From the NCBI GenBank assembly GCA_001949185.1, contig BDGG01000006.1:788827-852826 (forward strand): 64,000 nt of DNA, in the 5' to 3' direction. The notes under the pieces are model-generated. The model ran no database searches and was not told where the DNA came from. It saw nothing but the letters and a program-made list of their open reading frames with translations. Of the stretch, positions 39,201 to 51,021 are shown piece by piece. Source of the DNA: Ramazzottius varieornatus (Eukaryota; Animalia; Tardigrada). The stretch's first letter is position 1; the number at the start of each line of letters is the position of its first letter. The translations under genes and the position numbers were made by a program.

Positions 39201-41454
39201 TTTTCAATGGGAATAATTACTACAAAGGACTCGACTGGTAAGGGGTTCGGCTACTTTCCATGCAATCTTTCGTCCCCTTTTTTCTACGATATTTTTCTGA
39301 ATCTTTTCCAGGTACATGAACTTCTTTCCTGTCCCAGAGAATGATAATAATGGAAGTGCCGAGCTTTTCTTTGAGAAGAGCGCAACGTACTTCGATCACG
39401 AAATGGTCCCCCAAAGAGCTTTCGCGTTACTCCCGCACGCCAGCATTGTCGCTATACTAATCGACCCTGTACGGCGAGCTTACTCGTGGTACCAGGTAAG
39501 CCTCTCACACTTTCCGCTCTCCGTAGCCAACAGCCGAGAACTCCGCAGAGAAAGTCGACAAGGTCGTTTCTTCAAGTGGCGCACGCTCCCAGCCAATGGC
39601 GCCGAAAGCGTGCGCCGCCTGGGAAAACACTTTTGTTTCATTTGTTTTCTCAAGTGGCTCACGCTTTCAAGGGTATCGGTTGGAAGCGTGCGCCATCTGG
39701 AAAAATGATCTTGCCGAGCTTGATTGCCAAGCTTCCTACTCAATTTGATTACCGTGTTGGATGGTTATTGTCTTGGTCATTCTAGCATATGAAAGCAGAC
39801 GGCGACCCATTGGCCAATTCCTATAGTTTCCTCGAAGTGGTCACCGCTTCCCAAGACTCACCCAGGCTGTTACGTCACTTGAAGAGCCGATGCCTCCGGC
39901 CGGGCGAGTATGCTGGGCATTTAGAACGATGGTTGGATTACTACCCCTCGACACAGGTACTATGTTTCACTTCAACTGTAAAAATTAAGAGTTCGACAGA
40001 CAGCCTCGATAAGATATATTTTTCTCTAGTGGCGCACAATTCCCGTCACTGACGCTGACAATGTGCGCTACTGGCGAACCGATCTGCTCGAGTTCATTTT
40101 CCAAGTGGCGCACTCTTTCAGCCATCAACACTTGGAACATGCACCACGTACACTGAGCCCCATAATTATCTGTCCACCCCCATTTTTGTTCAAAACTTCA
40201 AAACTTATTTCGTACCAACCCGATTTTGATATTTTGAACGTTTGTATAGAGATCAGTGTTTGATCTTTACGACCACGTGAGTTCCGTATGAAGCAATCAG
40301 CAAATCAACTGGCAGTATCAGCCCTACAAACACCTAAACGTGCCTTGTTTTCGGCTCCGAGTTGCGCGTGCTAGCCAGCAGATAGCACATCGTGCTTGTT
40401 ACTGTTATGTAGCCCCAACATTAAGCTTTCAAGTAAGCCCATGTGAGAAATTTTTGAAACTCTGCGCAAAAAGTTTCGTTGACATACCTACATGCACCTT
40501 CTGCCGCAAGAAACGCGCTATTTCATGGTTACCTTTCTGTATCTTCCGTTTCGACTGACCGAATGACTCAAACTACAAAGTCTGATCATCTTTATGAAAG
40601 GTGTCACCATTTGAACGTAACTGTGAACGTAACTTGGCAGCAAGGATGTCGAAGACGAGGCGTCGTGAATATGCACCACCGAAAATAACCGAGAATACTT
40701 CCTGGTTAACACGATAACACAGCTTTCTCTGCATATCTGCATAAATTTCTCACATGGGCTTACTTGAAAGCTTAATGTTGGGGCTACATAACAGTAACAA
40801 GCACGATGTGCTATCTGCTGGCTAGCACGCGCAACTCGGAGCCGAAAACAAGGCAGTTTTTGGTGTTCGTTGGGATGATACTGCCAGTTGATTTGCTGAT
40901 TGGTTCATACGGATGTCACGTGGTCGTAAAGATCAAACACTCCTCTCTATAAAGACGTTCAAAATATCGAAATCGGGTTAGTGCGAAATAAGTTATGAAG
41001 TTTTGAAACGAAGATGGGGGTGGACAGATAAGTATGGGACTCAGTGTAGGAATGTAATAGTTGTCGAGCTTGGTAGCCAAGCCATTTATCTTAGTGAACC
41101 AGAAGTCTTGTTGTACGGTTGCAGTTGTTGATCATCGATGGTGACATCCTGCGGTCGGACCCGATCACGATCATGCATCACCTTCAGCGCTTCGTCAAGA
41201 TCAAACCCTTCGTGGACTACCGCGACCTGGTCCGTCTCGACAAGAAGAAGGGCTTCTACTGTCAGATCATGTCCAACGATAGCTCAAAGTGTCTCGGTCG
41301 CGGGAAAGGCCGTCGGTACGCCCCGATGGATAGCCAAGCCGAGGCAATCCTGCAGCGTCATTACCAGCCACACAACGTGGCACTCCACAAGCTCCTGGTT
41401 CGTCTCAATCAACCCGTGCCTTTACCCACATGGCTGAAAGCCGACTTGTCGTGA
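36210..41454 (+). CDS. NDST: Bifunctional heparan sulfate N-deacetylase/N-sulfotransferase. Exons 36210-36933, 37297-37776, 37860-37975, 38226-38644, 38938-39237, 39312-39495, 39786-39956, 41125-41454
   Basis: Type II TM anchor; [36 protein letters not shown]; PAPS loop [44 protein letters not shown]. All junctions in frame. Confidence 0.97.
36958..37020. repeat. 3 x 21-bp tandem repeat in NDST intron 1
   Basis: gcgcagtttgtcacatggttg x3. Confidence 0.9.
38000..40140. repeat. Three copies of the palindromic family in NDST introns (~38000-38190, 39555-39735, 40005-40140)
   Basis: For example ccccaagtggcgcac-N25-gtgcgccacttggg at ~38017-38070. Confidence 0.85.
40151..41046. mobile_element. Non-autonomous Tc1-like foldback element with ~305-bp inverted arms (last NDST intron)
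   Basis: TA|cactgagccccata ... tatgggactcagtg|TA; arms ~40151-40455 and ~40742-41046. Confidence 0.9.
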
Positions 41455-41879
41455 TAGAAGTTGCTTTGTGAAGCAGCCTGAATTTGTACCAAAGATGTTT
41501 CTGTTTCTATTCCTAAATGGTTTTTACTAATAGTACAGTATGATAAGTAATATCCAAGACTGGTATTTTTAATTTTAATTTTAATTTATTTTTAATTTTA
41601 TCCTTTTACGATAGCAGATATAATTTTTCTCCTGTGTAGCAGATTTTGTTTTCTGTTTCATGTTTTGGATCTTGAACTGGTAATGTTCTACTAACCTCTG
41701 TTTCTTACGAACAGAATACAGTCCGATATGATGGCTGTGTCAAAAGGTGACCAATGCAGTTTTGATTTTTGAATAATGGTTTTCGTTCAAACGAGCAACA
41801 TCTTAACTAGAGTTCGAGGGGTTTTTAACAGCTGATTACCAAGCTTTTCGCTCTGGACAAAGTTAGGACCAGCTCCTCG

Positions 41880-43156
41880 TACCGAAAATGTGCGCCGCTT
41901 GCGAAAGCTAGTGTTGGTCGAGTTTTCTAAGTGGGGCACACTCACGTCTAATGGCAGTGCTAGTGTGCGCCACTTGGTAGGTGATCTTGTCGAGTTGGTT
42001 TGACGGCTTCCCATGTATTTTCCAACTTTACGAGGTGAATGATGATTCGATGAAACGAAACGTCAGGAAGCATTTACCTGCATCGAATTCGTTGCTGAGA
42101 ATGAACCAGAAGCCACGGCGGGAGACATCAATGGTAAAGAGGGAGCGAGCAGCATGGAAGGATGGAATTCGAAGGCGGAAGATGTCGGGACACAGCCTGT
42201 TTAAGAGGACGAACGGGAACGGTCGCCGATAAGAAGGAAAGTAGAGACGGAGAAGAACGTCTCGTACCGGAAGTGCCTTGTTTCTCCAACAAGAACGATG
42301 AGGCCTAGACACCGCCAATGTTCGAGTTGGTAGTCGAGCTGGGGAAGAAATCGCTGATTTCGGGCGTGATGCCCCTGTTTTTTCGATTATCATAATTCTT
42401 TGTTGGTTTTAAATCACTGTTTTTCTGGAAACCAATACTTACGGTTAATGCTCCTGCGTCTGTTCTTGTAAACTAGGTTCCTGAACGGCTGTGGAACGCT
42501 GATGAAGTGCAATTGCATCAGCTTGAAAGCTGGCTAAATTCCAGAAGTTTCCTTTTTGATCGAAGCAAGCCAAGATGGAGGGATTTCTGACGCGTAAAGT
42601 GGTGGAACGATTTCTCACTGTGGACCTGTGCCAACACCAGCTTCGGCCGTCTGTGGCGTTCCGACCTGTGGTCGTCGGGGGCTACTCTCTTGAATGACCA
42701 ACCATTATTAGCAACCACAAAAGTCCCGATCGACGTCTGCTAAAGTGACGGACTGCTCCATTCCTCTCCGCAATCGGCTGATCACACTCTTCATTCTCGT
42801 GTTTTCACTTTTCATACTCTCGAAATTTCCCTTTTGCTCTCGTTGTGAAGTTTGTTAACTCTTAACATAATCACATCTTCCCATCGTCAGATGAGTGCAA
42901 GTGAATATGAAATTGTACTTGATTGTCGTCAGATTTAAGCTTTGATTGATCCAGAAATCTGATGCAATTTTTGTTGTCTGCCCGAAATGCGCCATTTGAT
43001 CTTTCAGTTAATTATTCAATTTTCATAACTAAACAAGCCTAGTCTGAACATCAGAAGCTCTTGATTCTGCTGGTCGCGTTCTTCGAAATTTTTGCAAGAC
43101 TGAATTCGTCTGAGTAACCTTCTGTTGTTGTTCTTCTCCGGCGGGTATGATCTCAT
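41880..43156 (+). pseudogene. Decayed inverted copy of ~21500-23050 (last RFX intron with its palindromic element, acidic last exon, downstream DNA)
   Basis: ENEPEATAGDINGKEGASS vs ENEPEAVAEDIGGKEEASS; colinear matches through 42300-43150; stops and indels present. Confidence 0.8.
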
Positions 43157-44598
43157 CAGTGCTGACAACGATACGGTATACCGATATCGTATCGAAATAT
43201 ATCGGATCTTTGCGATAAAATATGCGGCAAATCTCGTATCGAACATATCGATATAAAGCTATGAATAACGCAATAAAATATTCGGCGATATCGTATCGCG
43301 CCATATCGATATATTTCCGATATATCGGTATTTTGGTGAATGGTAAACTTGGCAATAGTATGACGAGTGTTTTTCCTGTTTGGCGCATTTGGTCATGGCG
43401 ACTTTTCAAACCTAACCTGACATCAGAAATTCGGGAACACTCAATTGCTTGGAATATCGAACATGACACCATTTGACACCTCCAAAAAGAGTTTATATAG
43501 TGGAGAAAAGGTAAGTAGGACACCTGCTTTACCTGAAGAAAACTTGGCGATGCCGCCAACTAACGTAATTGCTCGACCCATCGTACAAGGAGCCAAGGCC
43601 GGTCAATGCAGTTCAGCACTGCCTTGCCCTAATATACTCACGCACTGGTGTGACTGCCACGTGGCTCATTCAGCTGCTGCTGGCCTAACATTCACCCGTG
43701 ACCGACCCTATCACACATGCTGCTGCCATATAACATTTTTCCTTACGTGTTTGGAATGAGCGATCAAAGTTCAGTTCTACAGCAGAAAGATGTCGGTTAC
43801 ACGTACCGATCAGCTTTGTTTGTAAAACCGATAGAATTCACAAACTTGACCGCTGGCGACGTCAGCTGCAAAAATGGCAGCATTTGTCATCCATTTTCGT
43901 GATTTCCAAACAGTATGGCATCAGTGCATGTAGTTTAACATTCTACAGAGAAAGACGACTGCATCAGCCGTGTAGAACACTTGTTTGACACCCCTCCAGA
44001 TAAAGTCGTTTGACGCGCCAGTTAGAAAAAACACGCGTCATATCACGTTTGCGAAAGACCATGGTTGATTCCAAAGTCTTGATTCTGGCGATGGTATGCC
44101 TAGCAAGAGAGTACACCCTGCCCATTCGGTCTTGGGACTAATTCTAACCAGATTTCCATGTGATTGAAGTCTTGGCATAGTTACGTCTTTGCTGCATCTG
44201 ACGCTTTCGATCGGGCTTGAACTGGCGGAATCCTAAAACACTAAAACGCAGAAATATCGATACATCGCTGCGGTACGATACGATATATCGAAAATACGGT
44301 ACCGGAAAAATATCGTATCGAAATATCGATCCTCAATGTACGTCGAAAACCGCGATAATCATTATTTCTTAATCATTATAATAGGAAAGCGATTTATTAA
44401 TTAAAATTGTTTCAATTGTGCGGGTAGGTATTCGCGAGATTGATTGATCCATAACAGGAAATTGAGTTCTAATTTTGAAATTCGTCAGCAATAATTGATT
44501 TTACTTGCAGTCAGCTGATCACGTGAACTTTACATTAGCACGTGATTTTTAATAATTGTAATTGCATAGTAAAATAACACTGATCGAAAAATATCGTA

Positions 44599-47228
44599 CG
44601 AGGTAAACGTCACAATTCGGACGATGCTGCGGTATGGAGTAGCAGCACATGTCGCTTTCGACAATGGCTCGAACCGCTCCCAGACACCGTACCGCAGTAG
44701 GGAATTACAGCGCGGTATGTGGTATCTTGATTTTTATCTCGGATTTGTTTCCTCACAATCAGAGAAAGACCAGATAGTTCCAAACGACAAAAATTCCATC
44801 AACAACATGAAGTAGTGAAAGTAAAACAGAAACATGTGTTCAGAACGAAAGGGAATCCCCAATGTGAAGTTACCAACTTAGCGGAATCCGCGAAGGAAAG
44901 TTATTTGCGTGGCTTTTTTACGGTGTTGGCCTTAGACTTTCCTTTTGCCGGCTCTTGAGTTGGAGTTTTTCGCTTGGCTGCTGTCGTGGCTTTCTTTGTC
45001 GCTTTTTCCGCTTCCTCCTTTTCCAGTTCCGCAACAAAGCTGGGTTGAGTGGTCAGGGCGCCAGACTCCAAACATAGATGCTTGTTTTTCTCTCGGCGCT
45101 GCTCTACTGGAGCTTCACCGAACAATGCCTTCTGAACGCTGTTGGCTAAAACGGCACCGGGAGTGATACCTTTCTGCTTGAGGATGATCAGCTCTTTGGT
45201 GTCTCCCAGATCTTTCTTCGTTGTCAGGTTGAACTGGCTCTTAAGCACCTGGAACAGAGGGCCGAAATCTTGCTCCACGCGACTGCGGATTCCGCGAGTG
45301 AATGCATCCGGATCATGATGAGCTTTAACTGCCTTCCTGATCACATCTGGGAAAAACGGAAACAGGCCTGTCTTTGCGAATTCGGACTTGAGGCACTGTG
45401 CTACATTGAACGCGTACTTGTCGACACATCCCTCAGTCCGGTACCACAGTTTGACCACATGCGAGAGCAGATTGTCTTTAGTGACCTGACAATTAGAACG
45501 GAAATAAAAATTACGGGATTCCCTCAGAAATGACAATGGGTGTATCAAAGTCTTCACGATTCCGCCTTTAACAAGACGACGATCACGTAGGTACATCTTC
45601 CACGTCTTCTTCACCCCTCCGACTGCTGAAACATCAAACGGTTGAAGATGATTGGTCTGCCCGGCTGGAAGACAGAATATCTCCACCCGTTTCCCTGTTG
45701 CTTCGGAAAACTTCTTGCAGTAACGAACCAACACGAGGTTATTGACATGCGAGAAGTGGCCATCAACAAGTATGACGGTCTGCAACAAATCAAGCAATCA
45801 ACATCAACGAGGAATCCTCCAGATTTGAACTTAACGTATTGACGTCAGCCTACGTTCGGTTTACCACGTACATACATATACCAAACACAATGACGTCACG
45901 CGCAGTCATAGTTTAAATTACCTTTAGTTCCGTTATGGCTGGAAAAACTTCCTCCTTGACGTAACTAGCGAAGTGAACTTGATCCATGTACCTGGAAGAA
46001 TTAACCGCGTGATAGCAAAGACCATGGGTATCGTAGAGACGTGACAGGACGTGTACCTTGCCGGAGTAGAGAGCCATAAACTTTAGCTGGATTTCGACTG
46101 CGTTTCCACATGGATGGATAGTCACGGACTCCTTCTCAGTTTCGTCGAACTGCGAGGGAATCTGCTTGGCCCCCTTTCTGGCTACAACCCGATCGTACAT
46201 TTCGGAGGTATCAAAGGCAGTTTTGTCCAAGTTCCAAACTTGTTCTAGTCTTTCGAGGAATCCTACAGTGTACAGCTTCTGAAGTTTGGAGATATAATCC
46301 TCACAGCGTTCAACTGTCCACTCACTGTCTTTCTTCCGATTCGAGCAATGCGTAATCCGCATGGAACGTTCTTCATGACGATCCAGAAAACGACGGAAGA
46401 ATTTGTCGTCGAACGTTGCGTTTCCTAACTCTAATGAAATTACACATTAAATTCAATTAAATTCGTGACTGTTGTTCCGCTGTTCCCGTTGACTTACCTA
46501 GTTGAACTGCGACTTCCAAAATTAGCTGCAAACAGTGATATCGGTTTAAAGGGACTCCTTGATCGGAACATGACAGTAGGAAATCGGCCAGGCGCTCTTC
46601 TTCGCACGGAGGAAACTTGAGCTTTCTCCCGACCGGGTTTGGAGATGGATTCTGGATGCGGTTTGTCATCGTCGTGCGACTCACACCGAACACCTTCGCG
46701 GCTTTTGTCAGGATCATTCCGTGCTTCACTTAATGGATCGCTGCTTCCAACATCAGCTCCTGATGCACCTGAGAGGCAGTCTGGAGTTTAGAGTGCGACA
46801 TCTTGCCAGAAGTTCTCATAATATCGCAAACGAAGGAGCTTTTGTAAAAACGGCGATGCGGTATTGCGTCAGTGCTCTACCATTGCTCACTGGCGGAAGT
46901 ACGTCATGGCAAACATCCTACGGCTTACTTTACTTATGGATTCCCAAAATAATTGAAACCGACTTTATGACGTAGATCACAGCTATCGCGAAAAGCGACA
47001 GCAGCGCCTCTCTCGGCCTCGCTGTTGAGTTTTTTCCAGGCTTTTTAGCATTACAGCAACTCTCCTTTCTTCCGAGCATTGTATCTTCAAGGTCTAGGCT
47101 GTGTGTGTGTGCTCAAATCTGTTTGACTAGATAGGGAAGATCTTTCTCCACAAGATAGCATTGAAAACAAATGGATCGGGCCACGAGGTACGAAATTCTA
47201 GACCGTCCGAATTGTGGCGTTTACCTCG
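44599..47228 (-). mobile_element. pogo/Tigger-like (DDE_1) DNA transposon
   Basis: 25-bp TIRs cgaggtaaacg(t/c)cacaattcggacg with TA TSD. Removing it restores aaaatatcgTAtcgaattttatcg, the hAT terminus. Confidence 0.92.
44901..46819 (-). pseudogene. Spliced pogo-like transposase, disabled
   Basis: HTH (AAKVFGVSRTTM), CENP-B-like HTH (FFRRFLDRH), WNLDKT, LVDGHFSH, LPAGQTNHLQPFD; in-frame TAA at ~46730. Confidence 0.85.
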
Positions 47229-47303
47229 TATCGAATTTTATCGTATTTTTGCCAGCACTACCTGTGGCTTATTCTGGTATCAGTTGTTCTTTTTCTTCTA
47301 CAG

Positions 47304-48491
47304 ATTTCCGTGACAATCTTCGCTTCATCCTTTTCAAACTTCCGAACTCACCGGCAGAAACTTATTTCCCGAGGTAATTCGTATACTAGTATCTTTCAAT
47401 ACGAACACGAGTTTGATGAGTCATGATGGTTGCGGAACGTCAAGATGGCTACCGTTCACCGAAACGGAACGATCAGCCGCCGTTCCGTCTGGAGTGCTGA
47501 TTTGATTAGTTTCGTGGGCATCATGCGATCGCAGCTTCGACTTACTTGTCAGCTGACGCAATCGTTTGATTGTTAACATGAAGGTACTGCTGATGGTGGT
47601 ATTTCATCAGTCGATCAGTGATTAGCTTGTGCTTCAATTTGCTTCTGTTTCACGGTTTCAGGTTGTGCCTGATTTTCAAACTGCGAGAAGGTTTCAACTT
47701 TCAAGATGTCTCCTGGTGGAGAAGTTGATTTGTGAGTTCAAGTTGACTCCTTTCAGATCTCGACTGTATTATCTGCGACTGCCCCTGAACTTGCCAGAGT
47801 GTGGGCTGAGTTTGACGCTGACTTTTGTGCTTACAGGAAAGTCGTCCTGGGGCGCGTCGAGGCAGTGGAGAACGTCGGCAGGACCCTCCAAGGCCAGGTC
47901 CAGCGTATCGACACCACGTTCCTGACTGCTTACGGCGGCGTCCGGGAAGATCTACGCGAAGCTGGCTGGTGTTGAAACCCGGGTGGCCACGCTGGAGGCT
48001 TGGTTGGGTCCCAATGGTGGTCTGTCGGTTATGCTGGATAGGTTTGCGTTGAATATCCAGACGCAAATGAAGGACAGCCTGGATGCGGTGCGCTTGGAAA
48101 TGAAGAAAGGCTTGGACGATGTGCGCTTGGAGACAAAGAAGGCTTCGAGGATGTCAACGGGCGCATGAACGAAATTGACAAGAGGCTGAAGGATGTGGAG
48201 ACCACTCTCAAGGTTGTCGACAAGCGAACGGCGCTGACTCAGGTCGGTATGGAAATCGTCACCCGTCTGCTTGGCTTGGCCAAGAAGAGCACGCCGGAGC
48301 CTCTTCGCATGGTCGGTGGCAGCATCTTTGAGGCCTTTGGCTGGTGGAAGGGTCGAAAGCAGAACATCGAGGTCGAGGAGGCCCAAGCAGAAGACGGTCT
48401 CGTTCCTGAGAGTGTGACTCCTGACGGTGAGGACGGATCGGGCGATGCAACGACGGTGGTGGCGAAACACGAGCGTGAGGAGGTTGAATGA
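47304..48491 (+). pseudogene. Coiled-coil protein gene with 11-residue repeats and two 1-nt frameshifts (pseudogene or assembly errors)
   Basis: Exon 47304-47373 splices in phase to 47837. Reads KVVLGRVEAVE../IYAKLAGVETRVATLE..LDAVRLEMKKG LDDVRLETKK/GFEDVNGRMNEIDKRL..., with a paralogue remnant at 19664-19862. Confidence 0.6.
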
Positions 48492-48594
48492 TTGTTGACT
48501 AGTAACGCTGAAACTTTGCCCTTTGTAAAAGTATTATCTCGTGAAAATTCTTGGACCAGAGCCTCCCGGCGTTCCTTCCTTTAGATTTTGTTTC

Positions 48595-49262
48595 TCTAGA
48601 ATCTCCAGCTTTTTCCTCCGTCGAAGAAGTCGACCTGACGTCGATGAAAGTTGACTGTCAATCGGTGGCTTTGTTCCAAAAGTCTCCGTCAAGAACAGTT
48701 GTTGTCATTGTTTCCAGCGATGAAAGTAAACGCAAAACTATTAAGTGCCACTTCCGGCACCGCAAAACAAGCGACAAAAGGTCAGAGAAACCTCGAGAGA
48801 CGTCCATCAGTGTTCAGTCAACTGTAGCGACTTGCGTTTATTGGTTTTGTTATTGATACAGATTTGGTGAAAGTTCTTTTCTGAGGGTTGAGAAAGTCCC
48901 TTGCGTTGACTCCACTCACAGAAGAGGCCATACAGCGCGCTCAGCTTCTGCGGGTCCCACACTGTGAACTCTCGGTTGCCTCCTCCTCTACCCTTACAGG
49001 CGCCATTCAAGATCTCTTCCTGTGAGAAGAGAATCTCCATACCCAAGTTGACCGCTTTGGAGCGGGCCTTCTCCTTCTCGAACATTCGCTCACCCAACTC
49101 TTTCAGGTTGACCATGCCGTAGGCGCCTTCGATGGTTTCCGGGTAGCCCGGGTCGACGTCGTTGTGTTCCTCTACGCTGCTTTCCACGGCTTCCGTACGA
49201 TGAGTGGACTTGCGCTTCTTGGGCAGCAGCTTGTCTTCTTTCAAATCTGCCTTCTCTTCCTC
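48595..49262 (-). repeat. Apparently identical inverted copy of 18896-19563 (BEN coding segment and 3'UTR)
   Basis: ORF-track peptides are identical in three frames; nucleotide spot checks are identical; both segments have the same length. Confidence 0.92.
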
Positions 49263-49404
49263 CTCATGGACCCGTCCGGCGAAATTTTAATCCTATATGT
49301 TTGGCGACCCAGCACGGAGTCTAGAATAGACGTACAGCCTGAATTTTGGCATAAATCTATCGTCCGTTTTCGCATTGGTAAGTTATTTCGTATCGGAAGT
49401 CAAC

Positions 49405-49501
49405 CGGAAGTAATTTCTCGTAGGCAGCAGTCGCGTTACTTTTACAACAACCTGGGAGTGAAACCGACTAGCAGCTATGTCCAGCTGATGAAAGCGGAGA
49501 A
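49405..49501 (+). pseudogene. Fragment of an RFX-paralogue exon (counterpart of 24977-24900)
   Basis: Acceptor plus QQSRYFYNNLGVKPTSSYVQLMKAE; identical peptide with 7 synonymous differences. Confidence 0.85.
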
Positions 49502-49984
49502 CAATATGCCTCGTTACAGCTAAAGTTTCACTCCTATCTCTTGTTCTCTAAACCAGGAATAAGCTTCTAGCCACGCCTTAAAACCAAAACCAGCAACATC
49601 TATTCACGTCACGGTGAAATGTGGTGCCATCCGTGACTGTTTCGAAAACGCGCAGAACTATCACCTAGAGTTTTCCGTCATCCAATCAAGGCCTAAAATG
49701 AATTGCGAATGGTAACTGGCCAAAACTTTACTAACTTCTGCTCTGCCGCCAGCTGGCTGCAGTCTGAATTCGCAGTGGGCAGCGCTACCTTCAGAATCTG
49801 ACTTAGTAAAGTATGCCCGTTAGAAAAGTTAGGCTTCCCGCCTCGTACTGCAGTGCTTCATGAACTTCGCGACTTACGTCATCATACGCGTACAGTTAAT
49901 CCCTGGTCCGAAAATTCTACCCTACCAACCTTCTAAGGGATGTTTTGCGCGTATGATGATGTGCTTCGCGAAGTTCATGTAAGC

Positions 49985-50480
49985 ATTACAGTACAGTTAC
50001 CGCTGGCCAATTCCTGCAGCGTTTTTGCTCCGTCGCGCAAGGTTCCCATGGTCCAAGGGTCTCCAGACCACCAGGGCAGAACAGAAACTGACTTCCGATG
50101 TCTCGATACTTGGAAATCTTTCTCTTTTCGGCAGCATCAGCAGCTGATCCGGCTTCGATAGTTGACATGGCGAAGTTGGTCAGGGCCAGGGTATTGACCA
50201 CTGTCACGTGTCACACAAGCTCCTTACCGTTCTTCCAAGGAACTTGCGTCATGCCGTCTGGACGTCTCTTGCCCTTCCGGAAGACCCCTGGAGGTTCGAA
50301 GATGGCAGGGATCTGGGCTGATGTCAATGCACGTTTGAGCGACTTATTCAGAGCGCTGTGTCGGCTGTAACGCGCTGTGTCGGCTGTAACGACCACCACC
50401 AAACTTGCAACTCAAACCGTGTTGACCTTATTCATCCACGTTAGCTCCGCATTGACACTTGTGAGCACGGCACAGCTTGG
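49985..50480 (-). mobile_element. 3' remnant of an RLE-clade non-LTR retrotransposon (CRE/NeSL-like)
   Basis: CQCG..HGLSC knuckle, RHSALN, FEPPG..RPDG..PW..G, AAEKRKISKY, LETLGPW; frameshifted. Confidence 0.85.
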
Positions 50481-50481
50481 C

Positions 50482-50571
50482 GTAAGGGGGTTGGACAAGT
50501 AGTGAGGCCGGAACGGGGCTGTATTTCCCGCGTACGATGACGTATTGCGCGGACGCAGCGAATATTTACAG
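50482..50571. mobile_element. MITE copy 3 (partial)
   Basis: Right TIR gcggacgcagcgaatatttacag|TA. Confidence 0.75.
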
Positions 50572-51021
50572 TAACTTTACTGATTTATAGACTCGTATAT
50601 TGGATTTTTTTGTTTTCCGGCAAAAAAAGAACTTTGTTTTGTAGCAGATTTTAGTTGCATGGTTTAGGCTTTGAACTCCCAATGGTGTTCGAACCTTTGT
50701 TTGTTTAAAACGTGAAAAGATTCTTATACGGCTGCTGTGCCAGAAGGTGACTAATTAGTTTTGGACAAGGATTTTCGGTCACCTTGACCAGAGTTCGGCC
50801 TGTTATCTGTGTTTCCAATAAGTTCTCTACTGCGTACCTGTGTTCTCTACGTGTTCCTTCGTAACAACTACACTGCAGAGATATGCCCGCGTGACCAGCC
50901 ATAGTTATTCGTGGCTTGGTTGTGGAAATTAGCGGTGATATACCACCAACTTGTTCAACTGTCAGTTTGTGTTCTACTCTGTGCGCATCAATTACTTTCG
51001 GCTAAGACAACACTTGCCAAA

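Larger units (their letters stand above)
43157..47260. mobile_element. Longer copy of the 20478 hAT family, carrying a nested pogo element
   Basis: Ends cagtgctgacaacgatacgg / atttttgccagcacta; CGATA repeats; shares internal sequence with 20478-21022 plus ~680 extra bp. TSD not retained. Confidence 0.8.
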
